This document shows, piece by piece, positions 37,935-48,604 of a DNA stretch of 64,000 nt. How positions within the stretch are numbered: position 1 is the stretch's first letter; the number at the start of each line of letters is the position of its first letter. Below the pieces are notes generated by a model. It had not been told where the DNA came from and did no database searches. It saw nothing but the letters and a program-made list of their open reading frames with translations. The stretch covers positions 1 through 64,000 of IMG/VR virus record IMGVR_UViG_3300018079_000001; one strand, 5' to 3'. The translations under genes and the position numbers were made by a program. This stretch comes from a virus.

Positions 37935-38338
37935 TCAAGACAATCGGCCGTGTGTTCATTGGTGGCAAGCAATTCACGACCGATCCGCATATTCAGCGGA
38001 GTTGGCCGTCGCGGCAGACTGTTCTTACTGGCATTAGTGGTGCAAGCACCGTGCAAGACTTTAACCGCTACGCGAAGGACATGCGGCTCGCCCTCACGAG
38101 TAACGGACAGTTCATCAATCAGGCATTCAAGGCTGTGCTTGAGGGGCTGTGTGCGGTACGTGGCGCGGTGTACGTTTACGTGGATTACCAAGGCATTGAA
38201 GGAACAGTGAAGATTCTTAGCTTCGATGCACAACCGACGTTCATCCGTGACGGGGACGGTGTGTTGTTCGAGTACCAAATGGAATTGAAAATCATGACAC
38301 TGACGAAGCTGGACTTCGCTTCATACTCGGGGAGTTGA
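37931..38338 (+). CDS. Distal tail / tail tip protein (putative)
   Basis: Directly after TMP; beta-rich. Confidence 0.55.
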   Translation: MIKTIGRVFIGGKQFTTDPHIQRSWPSRQTVLTGISGASTVQDFNRYAKDMRLALTSNGQFINQAFKAVLEGLCAVRGAVYVYVDYQGIEGTVKILSFDAQPTFIRDGDGVLFEYQMELKIMTLTKLDFASYSGS

Positions 38339-38341
38339 ACA

Positions 38342-39133
38342 ATGGCAGAGATTCGACACCTTAATGCGAACGGCTTCACGACGCAAGCGCAGCAGACCTG
38401 GGGGCCGTTTGTCTCCGGTACGATTGAGGTTCGTTCAGGTAAGGTGAAGTTCGGTATCGAAAACACAGGTACCCGCGTACTCGGTGCAACGCCGTTTGCA
38501 GCAATTGCTCTTGAGATTCAGCAGACGGGTACGAACGATGGTTATACGTTCTACTACACGGCCGAAGATTCGGCCGGCACGCTTAGTCGTCCGTGGGGCA
38601 ACACTGTGGATGGTGCGCCCACGTCTCTGTTGCTTGGTTCTGGCGGTGTGTTCGGCGCGATAGGCACATATGGCTACAAGGTGACGGCGACAAACGCGAC
38701 GGGTGAGACCATCGGTTCCGTCGAGGCAATCGCAGTCGTTACGGTCACGACGCAACGGGTTCAACTCACGTGGGTGCAAACACCAGGTGCGACGGGTTAC
38801 AAGGTATATCGGACAGCAACCGCTGGCACGTATGGGGCAACAACACTGCGGGCTACCATTGTGGGCGGTGCGACAGTATCGTACATTGACGATGGTTCGG
38901 CGACCGCAGCCGGAACACCGCCGAGCGAGAACACGACCGCTGGCGTTGGTCCGACATACGGTACGGCGCCTGTTGATGGCAGTTTCAATCAGACGGATAA
39001 GGTGATCGCCGTTACTCCGGCCGGATTGGCGATTGGGCAACAGTGGTTCTATTGGGCGCAGATTCGTGTGCCCGCTGCGACGAGTGAAATCGGCAATCGG
39101 CGGACGTTGAACGTCACGCCCGTGGAGTCGTAA
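38342..39133 (+). CDS. Tail protein with FN3-like domain
   Basis: YGYKVTATNATGET, LTW...GATGYKVYR, YIDDG. Confidence 0.6.
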   Translation: MAEIRHLNANGFTTQAQQTWGPFVSGTIEVRSGKVKFGIENTGTRVLGATPFAAIALEIQQTGTNDGYTFYYTAEDSAGTLSRPWGNTVDGAPTSLLLGSGGVFGAIGTYGYKVTATNATGETIGSVEAIAVVTVTTQRVQLTWVQTPGATGYKVYRTATAGTYGATTLRATIVGGATVSYIDDGSATAAGTPPSENTTAGVGPTYGTAPVDGSFNQTDKVIAVTPAGLAIGQQWFYWAQIRVPAATSEIGNRRTLNVTPVES

Positions 39134-39156
39134 AATGGAAAGGCTGAGGTAACATC

Positions 39157-39564
39157 ATGGCACTGCTAGTTCCGGACGTTGGCGAAGTTCAACTGCTCAG
39201 CTATGCGCTGAACAAGTTGACGCCTGAAAATCAAATCATGCGTCTGTTCAAGAACGATTACACACCAGTCGAGGGCTCGGTGCTCGGCGACTTCACTGAA
39301 GCGACATGGACCGGATACGCGCAGAAGTCATTGACTGGCTCAAGCTGGACAGTTGCCACAGTAGCGGGAGTGACGACAGGGACGTTCGCGGTGCAGACGT
39401 TTACGTCCACGGCGAATCAAGCGGCAGAGTTGTCCTACGGATATTATGTCCTGGGCGCGACGAGCGGTATTTTGCTGTGGGCCGAACGGTTCACGGACGG
39501 ACCGTACGCTATCGCTGTGCTCGGCGACAACATCGCAATCACTCCAAAGATTACAGGAGCGTAA
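39157..39564 (+). CDS. Minor tail protein
   Basis: LFKNDYTP...DFTEATWTGY, YGYYV...LLWAERF. Confidence 0.65.
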   Translation: MALLVPDVGEVQLLSYALNKLTPENQIMRLFKNDYTPVEGSVLGDFTEATWTGYAQKSLTGSSWTVATVAGVTTGTFAVQTFTSTANQAAELSYGYYVLGATSGILLWAERFTDGPYAIAVLGDNIAITPKITGA

Positions 39565-39565
39565 G

Positions 39566-40063
39566 ATGGCCAGGATCAAGGCCGAGTACGATTCAGAAGC
39601 CCAAGCGATCACGTGCACCCTCGCGTCGCTGGCGAACAACGCGGCGCGGGAGTCCACGGCGATCCTCAATACATCCGTGCTGCATCTCGATGATTTGGTA
39701 CAGGTGCGAATCGACCTAGCAGACGGTGGTACGATCGCTTCAGACAAGAAGGTGTACGTGTACGCGTACGGTACCGTGGATTTGACTACCCCGATCTACC
39801 CGGACCGTGTGACCGGCACGGACGCGGCAATCGTGCTCGACGCCCCGACGCAGTTGAAACTGATCGGCGTCATTGAGTGCGCCGCATATGTCACCGTCAC
39901 GAAGACGATTTTTACGTCTGAGCCGCTATCGGTGGCAAAGGCGTTCGATGGTATCATGCCGCAGAAGTGGGGCATTGTCGTCGAGAACAAGACGAGCATT
40001 GCGTTTCGGGCTTCTGAAACGAACCAGAAAAAAATCTTTCAGGGCGTGTGGGCGCAGTCATAA
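39566..40063 (+). CDS. Minor virion protein
   Basis: ITCTLASLAN..ARES, P.KWGIVVEN; tail context. Confidence 0.55.
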   Translation: MARIKAEYDSEAQAITCTLASLANNAARESTAILNTSVLHLDDLVQVRIDLADGGTIASDKKVYVYAYGTVDLTTPIYPDRVTGTDAAIVLDAPTQLKLIGVIECAAYVTVTKTIFTSEPLSVAKAFDGIMPQKWGIVVENKTSIAFRASETNQKKIFQGVWAQS

Positions 40064-40064
40064 A

Positions 40065-40772
40065 ATGGCGATTAACGTTTGGCCGAAACATTGGGGTAGT
40101 AGTCCGGTATTGGGGATTCCCATGCAGGGGCATCCTCTGACACCGCGCTACGGCTTCATCATGGACGGCTCCGTGGCAGATATCGTACGAAACGTTCGTG
40201 GCATTTTAATTGCAGGAACGTGGGCGCCGAATAGTGCTCGTGGTTACTCGGGGACGGCGCGGAAGCACACAGCGACGACGGACCGTGTAGACATTGGGCT
40301 CGATTCTGAACTTCTGACGACAGGGCCGTGTTCTATCGTCCTGGGATATCAGAAAACAGACGCGGTTGCACGAGGCTCGGTGGCGTTTGGAACCACAACA
40401 GGCACCACGAGCACATGCGACGCATATGTTCCGTTTTCGGACAACGTGGTCTATTGGGACTATGGTGGAACTGCCGGCGGTAGCACCAGACTTACTGCTA
40501 GCGGACTCACGTTCGGGGATGATATTTGGGCGTTCACGCAAGGTCTGCGTGGCGCGGAGATTTGGCAAAACGGCATTCTGCGTGCAGCGAACGGTAGTAA
40601 CAATGTAAGAGTCAATGCCGGCACCCAATTCATGCTAGGGAAAAACAACGCGGGGAGTGGACAGCTTTCTGACCTGGCATTGTGGAAATTCTTTTATATC
40701 TACCATCGTCAGATTCTTCGAAGTGAGATCAGTGATCTGGTACGGACGCCGTATTCGTGGGTTGAACGATGA
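40065..40772 (+). CDS. LamG/concanavalin-like tail protein
   Basis: IWQNG, IY.R.L..SEI..L...PY ending. Confidence 0.55.
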   Translation: MAINVWPKHWGSSPVLGIPMQGHPLTPRYGFIMDGSVADIVRNVRGILIAGTWAPNSARGYSGTARKHTATTDRVDIGLDSELLTTGPCSIVLGYQKTDAVARGSVAFGTTTGTTSTCDAYVPFSDNVVYWDYGGTAGGSTRLTASGLTFGDDIWAFTQGLRGAEIWQNGILRAANGSNNVRVNAGTQFMLGKNNAGSGQLSDLALWKFFYIYHRQILRSEISDLVRTPYSWVER

Positions 40773-41230
40773 GACCACTGAGGATTTTTTTCACTCCTAG
40801 CAGCAGTTTTACTTATGTGGCGTCGGGCGGTGTTGTCTTCGGTGGTGCCGCTGACACAGAGAATAACCGTGATCCGATTACCTACTCGTACACACCTACA
40901 GGCGGGCTCGCCTTTGGTGGCTCTGCGCAGGTCCAAATCTCGAAGAACTACAACGCATCGGGCGGGTTCGTTTTCGGCGGCACAGCCGATATTGTGGCCG
41001 ATGTCACGCAGATTGCCTTCGACATCTTTCAAGCGTTGAATTCACCACGAACAATATTCTTTGACATCATCTCGTCGTTGGAACCGTTGAATGGGATCGA
41101 GGCGTCGTTCGACATATACGAAGGTGTTGCGGGTGCGATGATTTCGTTTGACATCTATTCCGAGCGTCTGCGGACGGCTCGATTCTCAGAGGACGTTCAA
41201 ATGCCTGTGGCCGAAGTGGAGATTTCATAA
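40769..41230 (+). CDS. Minor tail protein with Y.ASGG..FGG.A repeats
   Basis: Three GG.VFGG.A repeats; FDI repeats. Confidence 0.5.
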   Translation: MRPLRIFFTPSSSFTYVASGGVVFGGAADTENNRDPITYSYTPTGGLAFGGSAQVQISKNYNASGGFVFGGTADIVADVTQIAFDIFQALNSPRTIFFDIISSLEPLNGIEASFDIYEGVAGAMISFDIYSERLRTARFSEDVQMPVAEVEIS

Positions 41231-43905
41231 TGGCTGAAGTTCTCATAAATCACGTCTTCAACAATCCGCAGCCGGACGATGTGGGGCCGCACACGTATGT
41301 GAAACCGACTGATTGGAATGCCTCTGAAGTGTTCGGTGGCGGCGGTACAGACGGTGACCTTGTCACGTGGAACCCGGCGTCTTCGACGAAAGCATCATTC
41401 CGTACAATCGTCGCGGGCACGGGTATTTCGGTCAGCATCACGGCTGGACAGATTCAAATTTCGACGACGGTCTCTGGGGTTGGTGGGACAGGTACGGCCG
41501 GGAAGTTGTCGAAGTGGACGGGTGTATCCTCACTCGGTGACTCTATGGTCATCGAAAGTGCAACCGGTCTCACGATCGGGGGTGTCGGACCGCACGCTTG
41601 GGGCGCAAGTACGAATGCTAACGTACAGTTCTTGATTGCAGGGACATTCTCGCCTGCTGGCACAGGCAGAGCCTTCGAGGTTGGTTCGACTCTCAGCGGC
41701 GCCTCGGGGCAGGACGAATATCTCGTCAACATCAACGGATCGGTTGTGGCTTTTGGCTCGCCCTCTCTCCTGGCGGGTTTGCGGGTCGCTCCGACCTTTA
41801 GTGGCGGTACCCCTGTCGATACGGTCGGTATTCGAGTCGCATCCTTTACGGCGATCGGCACGGTGGCTTCGGGCATCAAACTAGACGCTCCGACTGGTGC
41901 TACTACTAACTACGCTCTGTGGGCGCCCACAGGAAACGTGCAGTTCGATGGTTCGATCGTTGCGGCCGGGAACGCGGCGAAGACTGTACGGACTGACTTC
42001 CAGATAGAGTCAAACTCCGGGCGCGGGAACTTCTTTGTTCAGGGTTCGGCGGACGGCGGCACCCACGCAGGCATTGGTCGAGCAGTGAAATTCATTGCGG
42101 CTGCTACGACCGCGTTCCCGTTTGTCATCTCTCACAGCGCGGCGCAGCCGGTCGTGTTCGGGACAAGCGACACAGAGAGAATGCGGATTGACAGCGCAGG
42201 GTCTTGGACCCTCAGCATTGCCGGGCCGCACGCCATCGGTGGCACTGTCGTTACTGGCACGCAGCTAACCTTGAAGGGTACATTTAGCCCGGGTGTCTTC
42301 GAGGTACGCGGACTAGAAGTAGCAATGTCACTCCAAGCAGCGTCAAATCTTGACGTATACGGATTGGTGCTGAGTCCTACCCTGATCGAATCGGGAGCAG
42401 GTACACACCCCAACCTTGCGGCTCTTAAAGTCGCTCCTTCTGTAACTGGCAATATTGCAAACGTCACCGATCTTTCTGGTATTTTGGTCAACACTTTCGT
42501 CGCCGGTTCAATCGGCACCACCACCAACGCGTCTGGCATCAAGATCAACGCTGCTCCTACAGGCGCGACAAACAACCGCTCATTGTGGGTAGCGGCAGGT
42601 AGTGTTGAAATCACTTCAGCCGGATCGCACGCTATTGGTGGTGTGATTAACGATGGGGTTGGATTCTATATCAGAGGCACATTCGCGTCGGCGCAGTCCT
42701 TCGCGCGGGCTTTGCAAGTAGATCAAACCCTAACCGCTACCGGGGACAACGGCAGCCTGGTTGGCCTCTATATAAATCCAGTGCTGACAGAACGAGCAGC
42801 CGGTACGCACCCAATTCTGGCGGGTATCTTCGTTCAACCGACCGTTATAGCCGGTGCCGCAGCAACAACTCTATTCGCGGGCATTCATGTCGCCGCCCTG
42901 GTAGCTCAAAGCGGGACGAGTGCCGCAGCCTCTCTGAATATCGACAGTGAACCGACCGGAGCTACTACCAACTATGCATTACGTGTCCAGTCCGGTAAGA
43001 CTCTCCTAGTAGGTCAGACCGCCGTAGGGTCTCTTGGTGGTGGCGACGCGCAGTTTACACTCGCTGGTGCGTGGACCGGAACAACCCAAACAGAAATGAT
43101 GCGAGCGTCTACAACGCTGACTGCTGTAGTGGGGGCGGGGGCTTTCGGACTTATCTTCGTCCCAACATTCGTCGAGGCAGGCTCAGGCACACACAGTCAG
43201 CTTACCGGCATCTATGTGGCCCCGACGTTCACGAACGGTGCCGGAGCGACCACGAATATTTTCGGTATCAATATCGACATGGGCGCAGTCGGAGCGATTG
43301 CCCCGACTACCGCCGCTGCGCTGCGCATTGCGGCCCCGACCGGCGCGACGAACAACTATGCGATCCTGGTAGCATCGGGCCTCACCTTGCTTGGCGGCGA
43401 CCTGACTATCACTAAGACTGCCCCGGTCCTGACGATCGAGGGCTCGGGCGTCACTTCGGCCTTCGAAGTTTGGCGGACGAACGGCACCGACCGCTGGTCT
43501 GTAGGAGTGGCTTCGGGAGCCACCGACTTGTTATTTCAAGCGGGCAGCCCTGGCGCGACCGCCTTTCTGACATTGACGAATGCCGGTAACATCGCACTCT
43601 TCGCGGCCGGTTCGTTCGGTAGCGGCACCCTGGTGCTGTTTGTCGGCAACGCGACGACTGCACCGACGACAAATCCGACTAGCGGCGGCATCCTATACTC
43701 GGAGGCGGGCGCAGGGAAGTGGCGCGGTAGCGGCGGCACAGTGACAACCTTCGGCCCTGCCGAACCGCATTGTCCGACGTGCGGTAACGACTTTATGCAT
43801 GAGTGGGAGAATGAGCGGACCGGCTACTTGGCGGTCTGCATGTCATGCTTGACTGACGAGATTGGCGCGCGGTCGTGGATCATCAAGCGCGCGGGAAGGG
43901 CATAA
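41230..43905 (+). CDS. Tail fibre protein with internal repeats and C-terminal Zn-finger-like motif
   Basis: Gly/Thr/Ala-rich; PTGAT.NY repeats; ERMRIDSAG; HCPTC..VCMSC. Confidence 0.75.
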   Translation: MAEVLINHVFNNPQPDDVGPHTYVKPTDWNASEVFGGGGTDGDLVTWNPASSTKASFRTIVAGTGISVSITAGQIQISTTVSGVGGTGTAGKLSKWTGVSSLGDSMVIESATGLTIGGVGPHAWGASTNANVQFLIAGTFSPAGTGRAFEVGSTLSGASGQDEYLVNINGSVVAFGSPSLLAGLRVAPTFSGGTPVDTVGIRVASFTAIGTVASGIKLDAPTGATTNYALWAPTGNVQFDGSIVAAGNAAKTVRTDFQIESNSGRGNFFVQGSADGGTHAGIGRAVKFIAAATTAFPFVISHSAAQPVVFGTSDTERMRIDSAGSWTLSIAGPHAIGGTVVTGTQLTLKGTFSPGVFEVRGLEVAMSLQAASNLDVYGLVLSPTLIESGAGTHPNLAALKVAPSVTGNIANVTDLSGILVNTFVAGSIGTTTNASGIKINAAPTGATNNRSLWVAAGSVEITSAGSHAIGGVINDGVGFYIRGTFASAQSFARALQVDQTLTATGDNGSLVGLYINPVLTERAAGTHPILAGIFVQPTVIAGAAATTLFAGIHVAALVAQSGTSAAASLNIDSEPTGATTNYALRVQSGKTLLVGQTAVGSLGGGDAQFTLAGAWTGTTQTEMMRASTTLTAVVGAGAFGLIFVPTFVEAGSGTHSQLTGIYVAPTFTNGAGATTNIFGINIDMGAVGAIAPTTAAALRIAAPTGATNNYAILVASGLTLLGGDLTITKTAPVLTIEGSGVTSAFEVWRTNGTDRWSVGVASGATDLLFQAGSPGATAFLTLTNAGNIALFAAGSFGSGTLVLFVGNATTAPTTNPTSGGILYSEAGAGKWRGSGGTVTTFGPAEPHCPTCGNDFMHEWENERTGYLAVCMSCLTDEIGARSWIIKRAGRA

Positions 43906-43911
43906 AAAGCC

Positions 43912-44277
43912 ATGGCTTCTCTGGATAGGAAAGTTGCAGCGCTTCAAACGACCGATGCCGTGCAGGTGAGTGCGTTCACGTTCGCGGTGGCTGATGACAC
44001 TGTCGTTTCGATCACGGCCAAGGTGACAGCCCTGCAATCGGGACAGGGAACCGGAAAGTCCTTCTGGCTATTCGGCTCAGCCAGGAAGGCGGGGGCGGCG
44101 GCAGCGGTCTTGCTAGGAGCCGCCTTGGCTATCGTCACTGCGCAGGGAGACGCAGGGGCGGTGTTGTGGGATGCAGTCATCGACCTGAGTTCTCCTAACC
44201 TTAGGATTAGAGTCACAGGCGTAGCCGCGACCACGATCAATTGGTTGGTCAGCGTTGACATTCACGTCGCACCCTAA
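43912..44277 (+). CDS. Fibre-associated small protein
   Basis: TTDA...IRVTGVAATTINW. Confidence 0.5.
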   Translation: MASLDRKVAALQTTDAVQVSAFTFAVADDTVVSITAKVTALQSGQGTGKSFWLFGSARKAGAAAAVLLGAALAIVTAQGDAGAVLWDAVIDLSSPNLRIRVTGVAATTINWLVSVDIHVAP

Positions 44278-44299
44278 AAAGTGAGGCCCTAGAGGCTCC

Positions 44300-46102
44300 A
44301 TGGCGACCGCATTTCAGTTAAACGCATTCCAGAACCCGGAGACGTACGACCACTTTGGGTTTCAGGTTTCAGTCACGCCCATTGTAGGGCCTGATGGAAT
44401 CGCCAGCGCGTTCACTATTGACCAATCAGTACAGATGGCGTCTGACCAGTGGGAGTTGGCACTCACTTCTTCGGAGCAGTGGCGTGCCCGTTCACGAACG
44501 AATTCGGTTGATTTGTCCACCGGTCTGATCAACGCACTCGGCGACCCTGATCTAGTCAAGCACGTCAAGGAGGGCAAGACGGACGAGTGGGAGTTAGAGT
44601 TCTTGCCGGACAAGCTGATTGGTCGCATGCGTGGGCGCGATGCGATGGCGTTTGCACTCGACACCGCACTCTTCATCTCATACGTGAGCGGCGGTGTGGC
44701 TCCTCCGGCTATCGACCCTGCGCTTCTGCCGCCCGGTCTACAGCCTATATTGGGAGTGACAGAGCGGCTCTACCTGCCGGGTCATTGGCTTGCATCCACC
44801 ATCTGCCGTGACCTGGCAACGCGAGTCGGACTCGACATAAGCTATCAGGCGCCGGAGTATGTGTTGCGGGAAGACGTGGAAGTCAACGGACCAGCCCTTG
44901 GGGCGATTCAGCAAATCATTGAGCCCTTTACCCACTTCGAGCCGTTCAAGGTTGACGTGTGGGTTGAAGGTAAGACGCTGATGATTCGTCAGCGGCAGGG
45001 ACTCGTCGAGAGTCCTGGGCCGCTCGGTCCGCTGCCGGGCACGTTGAACACGGTTTCCATCGGTGATTTGCGGGCGAACAGTCTAACGATTCGTGCACAC
45101 TTTCTCGACTACATCCGTATCTTTCGGGCACTTGGTGCCGTGTTGGATTGTAGTGCGAGTAGCGCGAACAGGACGATAGGCATAAGAGATCAATTCACGG
45201 CTGGTGACTTCCGCACTACCATCGCCAAGGAAGTTCGTGTTCTTGACAAAGCGGACATGGGCTCGCAGACCGATGTTGTAGACCTGCGAAACGCCCACAT
45301 GGTGTCCCGTGAAACTGTAGTGCATCTTCAGGACCCTTTGATTCTCGACGCGAATTGCCGCATCATAAACAGTCCACTAGACCGGGGCTCCCAAACACTG
45401 CTCGAAGAGGAAATCCAAGAGACGTTTGAAGGGCTGACTACTACTGCCTTTCGACAGACGAAACGCATTACGGTGACTAACGTGTACGACAACAACAACT
45501 TCATGACCGGGCAGGACACCGTCACTGAGGAACGAGATGCGACCGATCCCGCGTCGCAGCTTCAGGTAACTAAGCGCGAAAGCCAAGTCTTCAGCGACAA
45601 CGGTCCTAAAATGTGGGGGGCGCGTGCGACGAAATGGTCAATCGACAGCGACGGTACATCATCTGTTGATTCTGTGCAGTCGGCTCCTGGTAGCGGTGTT
45701 CGTCCTGGTGGTCCCGGTCGTGCACCCGTAGAGACAGCGACAGATTCACAGCGAGCGTTCAAGGCGGCGATCATTGACAATTTACCAGGGGCTAAGGATT
45801 TTTCCCTGAAGAACGACAACCTGAAGCAGGACCAAATCGACATGATCTATAATCAGGCGGTCGCGTCATCGGGGGCGCAGGAGTACGAAGTCCAGTTCGT
45901 CGCCGCGCAGATTCCCTGGATCAAGAAAGGGCAGATGCTCAAGATCACCGGCCTGGTGTACGAAGACGGAGTGACGCCTGTGGATTTGCCTAACATGCTC
46001 GTTCTCGACACCAGAATTGTCCACACAGAAGAGTCGTCGAATCCGACTTCGCTTGTGCAAATAAAAGCGGTCTTTTGGTCGAAGACGTGGGGGCAGGGAT
46101 AA
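44300..46102 (+). CDS. Baseplate hub / central tail tip protein (putative)
   Basis: MRGRDAMAFALD, ICRDLA..VGL hub-like pattern. Confidence 0.55.
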   Translation: MATAFQLNAFQNPETYDHFGFQVSVTPIVGPDGIASAFTIDQSVQMASDQWELALTSSEQWRARSRTNSVDLSTGLINALGDPDLVKHVKEGKTDEWELEFLPDKLIGRMRGRDAMAFALDTALFISYVSGGVAPPAIDPALLPPGLQPILGVTERLYLPGHWLASTICRDLATRVGLDISYQAPEYVLREDVEVNGPALGAIQQIIEPFTHFEPFKVDVWVEGKTLMIRQRQGLVESPGPLGPLPGTLNTVSIGDLRANSLTIRAHFLDYIRIFRALGAVLDCSASSANRTIGIRDQFTAGDFRTTIAKEVRVLDKADMGSQTDVVDLRNAHMVSRETVVHLQDPLILDANCRIINSPLDRGSQTLLEEEIQETFEGLTTTAFRQTKRITVTNVYDNNNFMTGQDTVTEERDATDPASQLQVTKRESQVFSDNGPKMWGARATKWSIDSDGTSSVDSVQSAPGSGVRPGGPGRAPVETATDSQRAFKAAIIDNLPGAKDFSLKNDNLKQDQIDMIYNQAVASSGAQEYEVQFVAAQIPWIKKGQMLKITGLVYEDGVTPVDLPNMLVLDTRIVHTEESSNPTSLVQIKAVFWSKTWGQG

Positions 46103-46368
46103 TGCCAGTCCCACGAGCTACGACAGCAGTTACGAAAGCCGGGGCAATAGGGACCACCACGTTTTCCTCCGGTGGAGCGGGCTGGATACTGAAGGCTGTG
46201 ATCGTGGGCAAAGTCAGCGACCAGAACAACACGTACTATCTAAATCTGAACGGGTCCATCGTGCGCGCGGAAGCCTCGATCGACGCCCCCCTTGATGTCG
46301 GGCACACAGTATGGGTAGGACCAGGACCTACCAAAGGCACGTATGTGATTCAAGGAACGGGTGCGTAA
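46102..46368 (+). CDS. Small OB-fold-like tail protein
   Basis: G.V......Y.L.L.G....A.....L.VG..VWV. Confidence 0.5.
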   Translation: MPVPRATTAVTKAGAIGTTTFSSGGAGWILKAVIVGKVSDQNNTYYLNLNGSIVRAEASIDAPLDVGHTVWVGPGPTKGTYVIQGTGA

Positions 46369-48602
46369 TGCCCGCGCCGAGAGCGATCACTCAGATACAG
46401 GAAGCCAGAGTTGGCACAAAGATCACGAAGGAAGTGGTCGAAGGAGTGCAGGGCAACCGCTACCGCATACACGGTGTGTGGGTGCCTGGCGCAGATACGC
46501 AGGCAAAAGTAGGGGATGTTGTGCACGTGCAGTGGTTGACTCATACGCGTGAGCTGGATACCCCACTCAGGATCGTCAGCTACAATGTCAGACGCGGCAG
46601 TGTGTTCTTACCTTCGGAGGAGGGACTAGCACTCGTCGAAGAGTTGTTCGTGGACGTACCTACTGGAGAGGTTTACTTCAGGAACAGCAAACAAATCACA
46701 AAACTCAAAGTTCGTGAGTTGCTCCCGCGCGATCCCGACTACGTGCAGTTCGGAATTGACGGCGTGTATTTTGTTGTCAGAACTTCAACACCGTTTACGC
46801 CCGGCAGCTACACAATCGGGCAGACGCCTCTCTATCATATCTTCAAACTGAACCGAACAAGCGGTACAAAACACCTGTCTGCCACGGCCGTCGCGACGTT
46901 CGTGCGCACGGAGAGTCCCGTCGCGAGTAATCTGGCCTTAGTTGACGTACGTCTCGTCGGGGCAATGACCGGGTCGTCGAAATGGGCTCAGGGAACCACA
47001 GTCCATCCAGGCGGAATCGGGGATTCAACAGGGACCAGCATCAGCGATATATCCGCTTCGGCTTCGCAGGACATCACTCGAACCATCCATTTGAATGTAG
47101 CCAATCACGACGGAACCAGTCCGTTCTTCTTCAAAAGTCAAACTATTGACGAAGTGCATGTAAACGAGGCGGGGGATCTGCTCATTGTCTTGAGTGTTCA
47201 AGTAGACCTCTGCATGAACAAAGAACACGGCATTGGTATCATCAACCCGCTGACCGGCCTCGTCGGCACCCAAAAACTTTATGTAGAAGGCGCAGAGTGC
47301 GTCTTCACCCCAACACTAGAAGACTTCGGTGTCGCTGATTCTGATTTCTCGTACCCGATCGCCAGGTCTCATGTCTTCGTAATCAATAACACGCTTGGGG
47401 TCATTCTCTTCCGTTCCTGTCCGCCGATAATCACGAAAACCGTCACCTCAGAATACCACCAGTTTCGCGGAGCACAAACCCACCTTTTTGATTCACTAGG
47501 CGCGGAGTTGTGCGGAATAGCTCGTTTCGATCCGGAAGTTTGGACTGGAAGTGATGCAGGAGCACCCACAGTCGCTTTTGGAAACATTGGGGTTCACGGT
47601 CATCTTGGCAAGTCTATTGATGGTTGGGATACGCGCTTAACCTTCATCGGAAACCCGGCGACCTTTTTCACCACGGTAGACATTGCTGACAGTAAATCTT
47701 TAGAAATGGCATACGGGCCAAGTGGCGCATTTCCTCAGGGAGGACTCAAAGTCACTTACAACCGCACTCTTCGACAAATCAATCACATTATCCAGTGGGA
47801 GATCGCCGGGAGGTTTATCCCTCGGCTCGTCAAGGACAAGGCGGGTGTCGGAACTGTCTTTCTCCGCGCGAGAAAGGTGATACAAGGGGTTGGAATCGCC
47901 TATGAGGTGGGCGCCTTTATGTTGGACCTAGAGACCAGTGTGCTCACCACCATCCACCCGATGACCGCCAGCCCGGTCGGAGGCCAGTTCATCGGCAGCG
48001 ACATCAAAGTCGGGTTCGATGACATAACATTCCCTTGGCTGGACTATGTTTCAGCACAGAACGCGACGGCGCACGAAATCCTGATGCGTGTACGGTACGC
48101 GCCGGACGCGACAAATGTGACAGACGCGATCGAAGTATACAATCGCGACACAGAAGTTCTTCGAGTGTTGGACACGGTCACAACAGTGCAAGGAGACGAG
48201 ACGCATCTACCACCAGACCCCGCGCTCGCTCCGATTCTGGCGTGGACCAAACGACAATTCGCGCTTCTACGTCCTGACTTTACGTTTTGGGCCGCTGACG
48301 CGGATATGGACCCGACTGAACAAATCTTTCCTGCACCAGCCATAGATGCGGAGAAAGACGCGGACATTTTCCTGGACATCAAAAAAGCAAACGTACCAGG
48401 CTCGACTCTTACGATGGGAGTACGACCGAAAGAGTTTCGTGATGGTTCAGTTCCTAGAACCGCTGGAAAGAGAAAAAAGCTACCGACGACAACGCCGCCT
48501 CCTCTTCTCGTACCGAAGAGGCAGAACGTCGTCAGAGACTCTAACGAGCAGCAGGAAATTTATCCTGGGCCGTCGTTCAGAACAACCAAAGCAGGGAGCT
48601 AA
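46368..48602 (+). CDS. Large tail tip / receptor-binding protein (putative)
   Basis: Beta-rich; N-terminal OB-like segment; end of the tail module. Confidence 0.5.
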   Translation: MPAPRAITQIQEARVGTKITKEVVEGVQGNRYRIHGVWVPGADTQAKVGDVVHVQWLTHTRELDTPLRIVSYNVRRGSVFLPSEEGLALVEELFVDVPTGEVYFRNSKQITKLKVRELLPRDPDYVQFGIDGVYFVVRTSTPFTPGSYTIGQTPLYHIFKLNRTSGTKHLSATAVATFVRTESPVASNLALVDVRLVGAMTGSSKWAQGTTVHPGGIGDSTGTSISDISASASQDITRTIHLNVANHDGTSPFFFKSQTIDEVHVNEAGDLLIVLSVQVDLCMNKEHGIGIINPLTGLVGTQKLYVEGAECVFTPTLEDFGVADSDFSYPIARSHVFVINNTLGVILFRSCPPIITKTVTSEYHQFRGAQTHLFDSLGAELCGIARFDPEVWTGSDAGAPTVAFGNIGVHGHLGKSIDGWDTRLTFIGNPATFFTTVDIADSKSLEMAYGPSGAFPQGGLKVTYNRTLRQINHIIQWEIAGRFIPRLVKDKAGVGTVFLRARKVIQGVGIAYEVGAFMLDLETSVLTTIHPMTASPVGGQFIGSDIKVGFDDITFPWLDYVSAQNATAHEILMRVRYAPDATNVTDAIEVYNRDTEVLRVLDTVTTVQGDETHLPPDPALAPILAWTKRQFALLRPDFTFWAADADMDPTEQIFPAPAIDAEKDADIFLDIKKANVPGSTLTMGVRPKEFRDGSVPRTAGKRKKLPTTTPPPLLVPKRQNVVRDSNEQQEIYPGPSFRTTKAGS

Positions 48603-48604
48603 AT

